Shown here: in pieces, positions 1 through 12,404 of the stretch
How positions within the stretch are numbered: the stretch's first letter is position 1
Layout of the letters: each line of letters begins with the position of its first letter
Notes under the pieces: generated by a model
The model's database searches: none
What the model was told of the DNA's origin: nothing
What the model saw: only the letters and a program-made list of their open reading frames with translations
Position numbers and translations under genes: made by a program
Assembly (NCBI RefSeq): GCF_001194135.2
Contig: NC_068989.1
Location: forward strand, 1,731,514-1,795,271
Direction: 5' to 3'
DNA length: 63,758 nucleotides
DNA from: Octopus bimaculoides
Taxonomy: Eukaryota

Positions 1-74
1 TATATCTTCAGGAGGAGTTACCTCAATCCTTTCTATATTAACCAAAATGAAGTAGATTGACAAATTTATTTTTT

Positions 75-113
75 GAACCAGTTGAAGACACACGAGATGT
101 CGAAATATCGTTC
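75..113 (+). ncRNA. Degenerate minimal type I hammerhead-like motif
   Basis: GAAC(75-78) CAGTTGA A GACA cacgaga TGTC GAAA T ATC GTTC(110-113). Stem I (4 bp), stem II (4 bp), GAAA, palindromic ATAT stem III and AUC site are all in register. The core reads CAGTTGA instead of CTGATGA. Confidence 0.45.
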
Positions 114-152
114 ACCAGATAACAAATGGCACTCTTCTTTTAATTTTGACTC

Positions 153-185
<33 letters not shown>

Positions 186-249
186 CATTGACTTGACTCA
201 GGTTCGTTCTTATCCCTGGTGGAATTTATGTGGGTAGCGGGTTGGTACC

Positions 250-372
250 CGTTTACCAAATCCACTCACAAGGTTTTTGTCGAAGACATTTGCCCAAGGT
301 GTCACGCAGTGGGACTGAGCCCTGAACCATGTGGTTGGTGAGCAAGCTACTTACCACACAGCCACTCCTGCG
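250..372 (-). mobile_element. tRNA-derived SINE family B (head and body), internally deleted copy
   Basis: Shares ccaaatccactcacaagg...gcccaaggtg.cacgcagtgggactga...cttaccacacagcc with copies at 13604, 46092 and 48112. Minus strand has A-box-like ggctgtgtgg and B-box-like ttcagggctcagtccc. Confidence 0.8.
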
Positions 373-1876
373 TCTATAAAGATTTGTTTGCTTGTTTCAG
401 GGCAAAAGAATGGTGGGGAGATTTTCAACAGGGAAGGAGAGAATATGAGAACGGTTTTGACATGTATTATGGGCCAGTACGAGAAATAGCGGAGAGCAGA
501 GGAAACGATTACAAAAGAGGGTTTTAAAAAATGGAGGTTGACGCGGATAGAAACCAAGAAGGATACAAAGAGGTGAAGGGGAGGGGCGTTGAGGGGGGAA
601 AACGAAGAGAAGAAAGGAAACGAAAAGAGAATAAAGAGAAAACGACAAAAGAGATATTTGAGAAAGTTCGATGAACTTGAAATTTATGTTTGAAGAAACC
701 ACACACACACACACATATACACACACACGTATATATATACACACATCTATGCATATATATTTATACATATATACACATATACATATATATGCATATATAC
801 ATGCACGCGCACACACATACACACACACACACACATACATATATATGTATACATAAATACACGCACATATATATATACATATTCACATAAACACACACAT
901 AATATATTAAATGAGTTAAAACCCTAACCCACCCCCAAGTCGTCCTAAGTCTCAGCAACAACCTGACTCGATAGCGATTCAGTAATTTCCAGCACTAATT
1001 AGGTTTAATTACACACAAGGAATTCATTAGAAAAGTCGAGAGAGAGAGGGAGAGAGAGAGGAGAGAGAGAGGAGAGAGAGAGGAGAGAGAGAGAGAGCGA
1101 GAGTGGTAATATAAATAAATAAATACATAAATAAATAAATAAGAGTTTGTTTATTTTCGAAGTTTGTTGTTTTTCGTTTTGTTTTGTTACATTTTTCTCT
1201 TCAAGTCTTGGCTGTTGACTGAAATAGTATCATTCATTAAATATGAACGCCACCACCACCACCACCATCACTGCCACCACCACCACCACCACCACAACCA
1301 GCACCACCACAACCATTACTACCACTCTCAACAGAATCTACCAGAGCTGCATTCCATCACCAACACGTAAACCACTCGCACGAACCTTACCACCGTAATC
1401 CATGCCCCCATCTGAATGGCGAGCATCATCATCATCATCATCATCATCATCTCAACCACCGTCGCACCATTACTATGGTTATCATTCATTAGAATACAGT
1501 TGTTGTCAATTATCTCCACCACCGTCACCGCCATCATAAACCACACCACTACACAAATCCCCACCGCAAACAACCACCACCACCAACATCACTAACACCA
1601 CTACAAACTCCTACCACCACCACCACCACCACCACTGCGACCGACACCATCACAACTGCTCGATTCAACAGTTGCTGGAGAGAGGTCATCGATGTTTGTA
1701 TTACGTCACTAATACATTGGGTCAACCTCCAAAATCTANNNNNNNNNNNNNNNNNNNNNNNNNNNNNNNNNNNNNNNNNNNNNNNNNNNNNNNNNNNNNN
1801 NNNNNNNNNNNNNNNNNNNNNNNNNNNNNNNNNNNNNNNNNNNNNNNNNNNNNNNNNNNNNNNNNNNNNNNNNNNN

Positions 1877-1914
<38 letters not shown>

Positions 1915-1938
1915 GGTTTTTCTTAGTGACGCAGTTGA

Positions 1939-2334
1939 CTATTTCTCGTTTAGTTTCTGATTAAGAATTCTTATTTAGTATTCTTTTGTCTTTCGTAATT
2001 GATTATCTTTCTTTCTTTTGTAAAAAGGAAATATTTTGAATTTTTCATTTGTGCAAATGTCTAGGTGTTCTCTACATGCAACATTTCAAAGAGATTAATT
2101 TTTGATTTGCTGTTTATGCATCCTAATCTGTTGTATCAATGTTGATCCTGTATGGCCAATATAATTCTCATTGCGTTGTGGGCATGAGATGCAGGAAATG
2201 AGAGTTATTGCTTTGTAAAGCGCATTTGCATTAAAATTCAATTCTATCCCAATTTTTAATTTTTTGGTGGTTCCTTGTTCGATTATTTTGCACGCACCAC
2301 AACGGCCCTGAAGCATCCTTCTGTCAGCCCTCAA
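1939..2334 (-). pseudogene. Penelope-like retroelement, GIY-YIG endonuclease C-terminal fragment with in-frame stops
   Basis: Single-frame translation RCGACKIIEQG...AITLISCISCPQRNENYIGHTGSTLIQQIRMHKQQIKN*SL*NVACREHLDIC...KIFPFYK...RKTKEY*IRILNQKLNEK*. This matches the PLE CxxC linker, (N)xIYxIxCxxC..YIGxT..L..R...H GIY-YIG and terminal KE..FI....P.LN motifs (recalled family knowledge). Confidence 0.85.
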
Positions 2335-2371
2335 TGGTCTTCCCTCTATACATATAAATTGACTTGTGCTT

Positions 2372-2742
2372 TATTACCTCCGCCTTAGCGAAGGTGGAGA
2401 TATTGTTTTCAGTCGTGTTTCTTTGTTTGTTTGTCCATGGACAAGATATCTCAAGAACCGCTGGATCGATTCAGATGAAACTTTCAGAGATGTTTGGCCA
2501 CGTGACTGGTACGAACTGATTAGATTTGGGGATCGATCCGGTACCGGACAAGGATTCTGGATTATTTTTCCTGTTTTTTACTTAATTTTTGAGAGTGGTC
2601 AGGTTCATTTTTAGTATTCTCATTTGTGAGAGCAGTCGAGTTTATTTCAGATATTGTCATTTTAAAAACCATCTCTGGCTAATCGTTGAGAGGACATTGG
2701 TGTTGCCTTGGCGGATGTTTGTGCTCTCTCAATGCTCTTGTT
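2372..2742. mobile_element. Helentron-associated non-autonomous element (HINE/DINE-1/Pearl-like)
   Basis: 5' TT-ATTACCTCCGCC sub-terminal repeat with partner GGTGGAG, then a short (TTTG)n tract. 3' GGCGGATGT (2710-2718) followed by a GTGCTCTCTCAATGC hairpin-like end and TT flanks. This is the typical HINE layout. Confidence 0.75.
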
Positions 2743-2762
2743 TTATTTTATTTTATTTTTTG

Positions 2763-2811
2763 TGCGGCCCCATAAAAACATCCAGGATATTAAAAAGGCT
2801 GAGAATCACTG
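2763..2811. mobile_element. hAT-type MITE terminal fragment
   Basis: AAAAAGGCTGAGAATCACTG (2792-2811) is the reverse complement of a CAGTGGTTCTCAACCTTTT-like hAT/Charlie terminus and is preceded by gcggccc. Confidence 0.45.
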
Positions 2812-3069
2812 CGTTAAACAATGAAGTCGATTCGGAAAAGTAGGGACGAAAATGAATTAAGCCAACCAATTAGAAAAGATATTTCCAGTTCCTGCCAGTT
2901 CACCGCCCTCTCAATTAACAAATAATTACATAAACATATAAATTTAAAATAATTGGGAGAAATAAATGTTAAAAAAATAACAAACAATAAAGATAAGAAA
3001 GTAATTAGAAGTGCTGGAATAATTAAAACACTTCTGGAAATATCTTAACTGTAGTGAATTATATCCGAG

Positions 3070-3205
3070 CCGCTAAGATGTTTCCCTCACAAGCATGTAG
3101 TTCTGAGTTCGATCCTACTATACCGCACATTGGCAAGTAGTTTCTATGTTATTTTCGTTGACTGATTCTTAATAGACGGACACTGTGCAGAATCCTGTCA
3201 CATAT
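3070..3205 (+). mobile_element. Degenerate SINE family B copy
   Basis: ctaagatgtttccctcacaagc..gagttcgatcc..ggcaagt..tagacggacactgtg.agaa resembles the family B body and is followed by a (CA)/(TA) tail. Confidence 0.5.
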
Positions 3206-3232
3206 AACATACACACACACACACATACATTT

Positions 3233-3268
<36 letters not shown>

Positions 3269-4593
3269 GTATACTTTTAAAAAATGATGTAGAAACCAAT
3301 ATTGTCTTAAGAAGCGTAACTTAGTGATTCAACAGTTAGAAATTGGTAAAATAGTTACCAGATTGAACTAAGTAATGGGAGTGACAAAATCAGCAAAGAC
3401 ATTTGTATTTATGCTCCAGCTTGATCACATCCCAAGGCTGAACCTGCGAAAGCACAATAGAATAAAAGTATTTCAAGGGAGATTAAATTTACGATTTAAC
3501 GATTACAATAAATGGAATATACATGGATAGAAATGAATGAATATTTATTACATATATAATGTAGTGAATATATATATTTGTGAACCTGTATACATACATA
3601 TACAAATATGCATATACATTCATATACATACATACATACATGCATACATAATACATACATAATTGTCAATTCTGCCTTCATAAGAAACTGCATATACACC
3701 AACAGCCTGCGATATTCGTCAATAGGAAACGCAACCTATCTTTTTGCTGCCATCAGAGGTACTTATTAATAACTCCAAAGCATTCACAACTGATAGCACG
3801 GAAATACCACCCTGGGGGAGCTGACCGATCCACAATTGCAAGACATGTAATCGCTACTGGCTCGGAATAAGATTTTCGCCTGTTCAGCATACAAGAATTA
3901 TGATCAACTATAAACTGCATACATTTCTACGATGCATTTCACGCAAACTGATATGTAACCTCACACACCAAATCGGTTGTCTTTCCACGTGATAATTACC
4001 GTTGTTGAAATACTATACCGTACCGCAGAACACCGATTGACTGACGCCAACATTTTGTGTATTCTACCACGTGGAGCAGTTGATGAAAGAATTACTGCTA
4101 GCTAGCCAACATATTCACGTGGCCTAAGCTGTCCAATTGAGGTGGTCTATATAACTTCACGAGGCAGCTATTTTCAAATTTCTTCTAAGCTCTCTCCACT
4201 ATAACTCCGAACATCAGACAACGTGGACATGCTCTACGCCCACAAAACATTATGTTGGGTACTTGACTGAATCAAAGTTTTCCAATCAAAAGGTTTGTTA
4301 TAACAAACAAGGCCATCCTGTATCCTCAGTTCGAATCCAGCTTCGATCGAATTTGCCTTTAAACTAATGAAACAAATTTGTACAAAGAAAAGTGTAACAT
4401 ATGTGAGCTAACAAAATGGTAGAAATCCTGTCGTATGTTGGGACATAGCAACGGACGAAAATATTGCAAGGGTTAGCTTTGCTGTTCAACCTTAAGAGCC
4501 ATGTACTTGAGTTCATTTAATTACAGATACTTCGCTCAATATTCCCTCATTACACTGACTCACAAATGAAACAAGGACTCGCGCATCATATGT

Positions 4594-4661
<68 letters not shown>

Positions 4662-4910
4662 TAAGTGTAAGAATAAGCAAGTTAGGGAAGTTGATATACA
4701 AAATATATTAAATGCATTTAATATCTATATATTGTTTTGCATACACATACACATACAAACATAGAATTAAAACGCTGCCTGTGTCCATGCACACGCATAT
4801 TTTTGTATGGATAATATATGTACACTTACGTATGTAAAGTATAGATAAAATATAGATGCAACCTATATATAGAAGATGTGTGCCTGTATATGTATAAATA
4901 TATATGCAGA

Positions 4911-4946
<36 letters not shown>

Positions 4947-5320
4947 TGGAATATATATATAAATACATTATATATTTATACACACACACACACACACACA
5001 CACACATACTTACATTTAAATGCATGTATATTTTTAAATAAACGGATATGTATATTTATATACATTTGCATGTATGTATCTTTATTTATGCTCACACACA
5101 CACATTTATACACACGCACACATACACACACATATACGTACACACATACCCACTTGTACCTCTCTGCGTTCCCCGTAACAGAACAACAACACCAACCCAG
5201 CTGTTGTGTGCTTCTCGCGGTTGATGGCGCTACAGGACATTTGAAAGACATTTGACAGAAAAAGGGGGGGGGGAAAACTAGTAATTAGATTTCAGACTTA
5301 TTTGCCAGATTTCATTCCTT

Positions 5321-5321
<1 letters not shown>

Positions 5322-5394
<73 letters not shown>

Positions 5395-5420
5395 ACACAC
5401 ACATACAGATACACATACAC
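5322..5420. repeat. (CA)n microsatellite, representative of dozens of dinucleotide tracts
   Basis: Direct reading of the sequence. Confidence 0.95.
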
Positions 5421-5612
5421 GCACGTGTACGTACACACACATACCCACGCACAGACATACACGCACACAGACACAGACACACACATATATTCATACTTTG
5501 TTATACTCGTATATATATCCACAGGCAAACACATATGCAGGTACATTCTCATACACTGAATCTGTAACAAATCATCCAACCGTACATACATACGTATGTG
5601 CGTACATACACG

Positions 5613-5650
<38 letters not shown>

Positions 5651-5660
5651 NNNNNNNNNN

Positions 5661-5702
<42 letters not shown>

Positions 5703-6264
5703 GTATATTGCAAGTGTAATTGGATCCGTTGATCACCCCCGCCCCAGCTTGCATTACAATATCAAACCCCTTAACCTCTGACCACGGTAATCGCTCAGAC
5801 AACGAAACCAATATTGTTATTTTAAGAACGGGGACCGGGCCATCACAAACCTTGAATAAACAATTGGCCAAAACTGGCGAAGCTCACCGTGTAATAGTCA
5901 TTCCTGTGTAACGGAGACTCCCAGCTTCGCTTTTTAACGCCTTCCATACTTTCATTGTGGCGTGATATGTATGGAATATCTGCTGATTGTATGTCGCTGT
6001 GTGATTGCGAAGATATCTTGTGAATGTGTATGTATGTGTATATGTGCATGCATGTATGTGTGGTTGTATATTTTTGTAGGAGCGGCCTTATTTGTATATG
6101 TGAGGATATGTGAATATATACTTTGACTCTCTAATTGTGCCATGTCTAATTACGTGGGGTGTGTATTATATTTGAATATATACGCAAACACACACACACA
6201 CATACATACACACACATTTACATATATTAGATATTTAAGTACCTATAAATGTACATATGTATGT

Positions 6265-6295
<31 letters not shown>

Positions 6296-6318
6296 CATAC
6301 ATATATATGTGTATACGT

Positions 6319-6369
<51 letters not shown>

Positions 6370-6423
6370 CACATGCATACATACCTATATATACAGATTA
6401 GTTTTAGGATTCGTTAGAATCTA

Positions 6424-6610
6424 GGACCATCAACACGTAGGACGCCAGAAATGGCTTGATACAATAACAAAAACATAATTATCGTCAGGTGAAAAGTTAG
6501 TCATAGAATCAAGCAATTGCAAGCAAAAGTGACTATATTGTTCGTTTGGAAAGATTTCTGATACTGAAATAGTTAACGGAGCTACAATAAATTTTTACAA
6601 AAGGTTAGCT
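6424..6610 (+). mobile_element. Highly degenerate CR1/L2-type LINE 3' coding end
   Basis: ttagtcataga (FSHR-like) followed by TEIVNGATINFYKRL, resembling the CR1/L2 terminal EIVNAxSINxFKxxL motif. Confidence 0.4.
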
Positions 6611-7519
6611 AACAGTAATCAAATATCTATTAAAATGTTTATGGACTTTTATCTTTTACTTGTTTCAGACACTCTTGCGCCTATGTCTAATATTTATTTG
6701 AAAATTATAAAATATCTAGTTTCTAGCAAATGAATGCGAACGTTTCAGTTAAGAACTGGATTAAGTTATGATATCATTCCAGGTCTATCCTATATATAGA
6801 AACATTAGTGACGGACGTATGTTGTATCTGAAAAGCTATCATTGTGAAATGCCCCGATAAAACAATGAGAAACACTAACGAATTCGCCTTCATTTAAAAC
6901 TAGAAAACGGTACAAGCTTACGAATATTGTGGACTGAATTTCTTTGAATTGTAGAATGATATTTCGAATCTATTTTAATGAAAAGATTTTCTATAGGTTT
7001 TCAGTGATTGTGAAATGTGCTTGTCTATAAATTTAAAGTAATATACTGACAATTAGTTAGACTAAGGTTAGTATCAACTATAATTCTGCAACTTATCTCT
7101 CTGTGATTACATTCGGTTAAAATGGGTTATTGATGTGTTTTGTTTCTCTTTTTTTTTTTTTCCCTGACGAGATGATTGCATTGTTTTACATCATTTTATT
7201 CCCTCCGGAATAATATCAATGTTTTCCTCGAAACATATGTCGGAAGTATAAAGATTTGAATAACACCTGCGTTTGACTCCATTTCTTAATTCATATATAT
7301 ATATATAACATATGTATTCATGTATGTATACTTTTCAAACTAGAACTGTAAGGTTTCGCCTGACGGCGTATTCAAAGTCCCAATCAAAACGAATTTTATA
7401 ACAAATTTCACTTTAATGAATCGCTGATCCTCCCATCAATAAATATTCTGTCGTTATTTTAAAACTTACAAACGTGTTTGCGTCAATGATTTCAGTTGAA
7501 AAATAGAATCAGTGAAATA

Positions 7520-7587
7520 TTAGTTTCAAAATTTGACACAAGGCCAGCAATTTCGGAGGAAAGGGGTTATCCATTATATCGACCCCA

Positions 7588-7590
<3 letters not shown>
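7520..7590 (-). mobile_element. SINE family A, 3' fragment
   Basis: ttcaaaatttgacacaaggccagcaatttcgg...atcgaccccact matches the reverse complement of the family A tail (compare 40060 and 47055). Confidence 0.7.
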
Positions 7591-7621
<31 letters not shown>

Positions 7622-8515
7622 AGTGCAGTACATCTTCATTCTCTGACACCACTGAAGATCAGAAAAGTGCACCACCATCACCGCCATCACCACCATCACC
7701 ACCATCACCACCATCACCACCATCACACCCGTTGCTTTCATCACTACCACAACCAACAACAACAATAACAACTACAACTTCTTTTTCTTTTCCTCCTCCT
7801 CCTCCTCCTTCTAGGAAGGCTTTTTTTTGTCTCCACTGAATAGACGGATAGGAAACGCAATCATACATATATGTGTACATACATAAATACATCCACAACT
7901 ACATAGGCAAATACATGCATAAATAAACACATACATATACGCATGTGTGAGCATACATCATGTACACATGTACGTACACTCTTGCATACTTCAACAGGCT
8001 TACACATACACATACATAAACACACATCTATACGTAAGTGAAAAGCTTATTAAATGAATAAATAAATAAATAAATAAATAAATAAAACACAGCTAAATAC
8101 ACAAGTAAACGAAAACTTGCGAAAAAACCCCAAAAAAACAACGAAATGAAACGAGCAAAAGTGAAAGAGAGACATTCCTGTGTTTGAACGACCAGAAGTC
8201 TTATATTGTGACGTATTAAGGCGTTAACTGTGATTTATTTTATTATTTCATAGTAATTTATATTATTGAATTATTTGTTTTATTTTATGTTTTACGGAGA
8301 ACGAGATACTCAACTGTCTATATTTCGCCATTTGCTGTTGGAGATAGACAAGCATCAGTGGGAACTATCAACCTTTTCCTTTCTTTGCTTACGCACACAC
8401 ACACACACACACATAGAAATACACACTCATCCGAGTAGCTGTACTTAGACATAAATTTACACAAACACGCATAAATGCAAAGGCAGATAGATAGATGAAT
8501 ATATAAGTGTTTATA

Positions 8516-8551
<36 letters not shown>

Positions 8552-8566
8552 CATGTNNNNNNNNNN

Positions 8567-8623
<57 letters not shown>

Positions 8624-8867
8624 GTGTGTGTGTGTGGGGGGTATGTATACTTATATATTTATAAATGTATGCGACATATATTCATAATTGTGTATGTCTA
8701 TCTGTATATGTGTGTGTGTGTGTGTGTGTGTACAGAGAGAGGGAGATTATAGTTATGGTTAAAAATAGATGTGTTCCCAAATAAATAGCTAATGCAAGCA
8801 TATTTATATATCTACATATATATACATATATAGATGTGTGCTCGTGTGTGAGTTTGTTTGTGTGTAT

Positions 8868-8920
<53 letters not shown>

Positions 8921-9666
8921 CATTGGCTCGCATACTTGTGTGTGTATGTGTGTAGACATGAAATATGCTCAAGGAACCACCCTGGTACAATCGAGGGTGA
9001 AATGCGAACTTGGTATGACCGATAGAACAGACAAAGTTCAGTTATTTGTGGAAAAACCAGTGCCCGCCTTTACTCTGAGAGTTATTGTGAATATTGGTGG
9101 CAGGAAAAAGAGGGGAGAGAGAGATAAACAGATACCGGGAAAGACAGGTAGGCAGACAAAATCATGTTGATTGAATTCAGTTTAGGAACTGTGAATCTTG
9201 AAGCAAATAAATTTATAATAACATATAAATAGTGTATTAAGAACTCCCTTGAAAGAAAAAGTCGAAAGATACCCGTAGGACTCTAACCTACATCTCCTGT
9301 AAACATGACAGGCGTTCTACTATTAGACCAAAGGAACGGAAATTCTCAATTTTAGAAACTTTATTCTTACCAGCGAGAATCGTTTGTTGTGGACATCTTA
9401 ATATAATTTTGATATATTAGTCTTCATATATTATTACACATCCAACTATTCACTTTAAAGAGAGAAGTCTTTACGCTTTTGATGACCGTTTTCGGTTCTG
9501 TCATTCTACACCGCAGAATAATTTCATTATGTTGCTCCTAATTAATTTACTCTCCGAAATTGTTTATATTACATTCATTAGATACGTTTTGATTATTGTC
9601 TAGTGTATATCTATAAATTTATGTGTATGTATACATATATACATATGCACATAAAAGCATATGAAT

Positions 9667-9730
9667 TGTATGTATGTATGTATGTATGTATGTATGTATG
9701 TATGTATGTATGTATGTATGTATGTATGTA
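9667..9730. repeat. (TATG)n tetranucleotide microsatellite
   Basis: Direct reading of the sequence. Confidence 0.95.
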
Positions 9731-10043
9731 CGTGTGTGGGTGGATGCACGCGTGCGGGCGGACGGACCGGCATGCGAGTGTGAGTAGGTGCGTGAACTTC
9801 GGTTTCCGTTTTCTTTCTTTCCGACTTCGCTGTTCCCACTGGAAGACAACATCCGAATGGTTTCTCTCTCTCCCTCCTCTCTCTCTCTCTCTCTCCCTCC
9901 TCTCTCTCTCTCTCCCTCCTCTCTCTCTCTCTCTCCCTCCTCTCTCTCTCTCTCTCATGTAGCCACTTAGCTTTGTCTTGCACCCACCAATCTCATTACC
10001 TTTCTCTCACTCACACAACTGGGAATAGTTCGGGAATGCTTTC

Positions 10044-10053
10044 ATGACGTCAT
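10044..10053. promoter_or_regulatory. Perfect CRE palindrome ATGACGTCAT
   Basis: Full CREB/ATF consensus TGACGTCA extended to 10 bp, centred within a 9-bp inverted repeat (10020-10028 / 10068-10076). Function is not shown. Confidence 0.3.
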
Positions 10054-10481
10054 AAGAACTTGTAGATCTATTCCCACCTGACGACGTTGTTCTTCGCGAT
10101 ATGAGCACTCACAACCTGTCCAGTATACTCCGAAGGCAAGGAAAAGCCAAGGGGACAACGGCATTACAATATTCCTCACCTTATCCTCATTTTTTTCATC
10201 AACCATGTACTATGAAACAGGTATATGGGCTCATGTACATCAAACAGGCCCGGCGTGTTTGCTTGTTTTGTCCTCATTCAAGAATATTACACAAGAAGAC
10301 TGATACGTTTTAAATCGGCTGAGATACTGTTCTGCCATATATAGGCTAGCGTCTTGTAATTGTTACCTCCTTAGCAGAAGGAATGTAACCGTGTCTCTAA
10401 CAAGACAGGTATACATGATTTTTTTTTTGTTGGTTTGTTTTTGTTCTCCGTATTAACGTGATAGGGAAGAATAACACTCAC

Positions 10482-10532
10482 TTTGTTCAAACAACTCAGC
10501 CAGACTGATATTCTTTGTGCTAGTTCGCCCAT
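10482..10532 (-). CDS. Candidate first coding exon MGELAQRISVWLSCLNK of an unidentified gene
   Basis: AATATGG start context, 17 open codons, phase-0 donor AAA|GTGAGT (10481-10476). It sits in non-repetitive sequence downstream of a (CAG)n-containing UTR-like stretch. No homologue recognised. Confidence 0.3.
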
Positions 10533-10762
10533 ATTCAATGTTTCTCTGATACTAGCGAAGCTGGAGAGAGAAGATATCGACGACGAAGCGCGTGTATCTA
10601 TGATATGGTTATCACGCTTTTCGTTATCTCAAGATTCCTTTCACATGTGTCTCGTTGTGACAAAGAAACTTTCTTTTGGCATTTATTTGGTTACAAATGT
10701 CTGTTTGTTGAATGACTTTCCTGTTGACGATGCGGCGGGAGTATTCGTTGTTGTTACTACCA

Positions 10763-10763
10763 C

Positions 10764-10797
<34 letters not shown>

Positions 10798-10810
10798 GCT
10801 GCTGCTGCTG
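10763..10810. repeat. (GCT/CAG)n trinucleotide repeat with one interruption
   Basis: Direct reading of the sequence. Confidence 0.95.
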
Positions 10811-11310
10811 TTGGTTCCATTGTTTGCAAATCTCCGAAGAGAAAGACAAAGTATCGAAACTAACTCAGCTTCCTCTTATATTTTGGTAAGAAACNNNNNN
10901 NNNNNNCCCCCCCCAATGTTCGCAATGTTTTATTCCGTATTGAACCAACTGAAGGAAAATATTCTTCACGCACTTCAAACGGCAGAAATCATCCAGAATC
11001 TTCGATGTCAGAAGTAACCAGAAAAAGCGTTTTGACAGGTTCGCAAACAAATAGCAAGCGTAAACAATAGGGATGGCGGTGATGATGATGGTGGTGGTGG
11101 TGGTGGTGGTGGTTTTGGTGGTGGTGATTTTTCCAAAAATAATAATGAGCTCAATGGTCGGCTCAAGGGTCGAAGACGTTGAGATATACAGGGACAAAAT
11201 ATAAGCAAAAATATTAAAAAAAAAAAAAAGTAGTCAGAAGCATGGAGTTATATGGAGGAAAAAATGTGAGATCAGGAATAAAAATACATACATGGATGGG
11301 TGTATAAATA

Positions 11311-11344
<34 letters not shown>

Positions 11345-12166
11345 GACACCCCTCTTAATAAATAGCAATGAATAATCATAGCAATGTAGAGTTACATGAA
11401 TTGTTCAACAAATAGGGAGGCAAAGACGCAGGGTAATTTGAAGCACCATATATGCACACAGACAATACCGGCTTATCCTGACAACCCAAAACCTTCTTCC
11501 AGTTCTTACCACCAACTGACGTCTGCATATTTAGACTGATTTAGCTCTGCCACTTTCACTCACCATTCATAAAACTTGCTAGAAGGCAATACACCTCCCC
11601 TACTTTCTATCAATAATGGTGTCTTTTATTGTGACAAGGGCGATTGCATGGATAAATTACGAGACGGTGAGTATTTACATGGAATATAATTGAATAAGTG
11701 TGCATGATAAACTTCTAATTATATCACCTCAAACCCACTGCTTTATTTAACCGATTTCTGCGCTATTTTATCAAACTATTTGAATATATGCCATTCCTCA
11801 TAGACAATTCTTCTTCTATAAGACTTTATTTAGTCAGACATAAGGTCTATGTGTACTGTTGCCGACTGACCTACCAAAGAAACCGGTCACAACTTTCAAG
11901 GTTCGTTTCACCTTGTCTGCATCTTACCTCTGCATCGCGAAGATATGTGTGTGAGTGTGTATGAAGAAATATATACATTTATGAATACAGACACACACAC
12001 ACACACATATACAAACGTACATTCATACATACGTTAGAATATACATGCATGGATACATAGCTACAAACATGCACATACATCACGCACATGTATAAATATA
12101 TACACGCATACATATAAAAATTGTTTAATTTATAATGCCCTACTGTCTAGTAGTAGTAGTAGTTGT

Positions 12167-12380
12167 AAGGCGGCGAGCTAGCAGAGTTGTTAGCGCGCTG
12201 GACGAAATGCTTAGCGGTATTTCGCCCGTCACTACGTTCTGAGTTCAAATTCTGCCGAGGTCGACTTTACCTTTTGTCCTTTTGGGGTAGATAAATTAAG
12301 TACCAATGAAACACTGGGGTCAATGTAATCAACTCAGCCCCACCTCCCCCAAGCTGCCCTTGTGGCAAAAATTTAAAATA
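12167..12380 (+). mobile_element. tRNA-derived SINE family A, full length
   Basis: A-box-like GGCGAGCTAGCAGAG and B-box GAGTTCAAATTC. Central GAGGTCGACTTT.CCTTT..TCCTTT.GGGGT.GATAAATTAAGTACCA domain. More than 15 related copies lie in the window. Confidence 0.9.
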
Positions 12381-12404
12381 ATAATAACAATAATAATGTT
12401 CATC

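Noticed and set aside
5887-6016. Minus-strand exon candidate ISSQSHSDIQ...RNDYYT ending at ACG|GTGAGC
   Set aside because: No polypyrimidine tract, no recognisable protein, and the donor alone is expected by chance.
11480-11640. Possible PLE N-terminal region (PDNP...NLL..NTPP)
   Set aside because: The similarity is too weak to support by eye.
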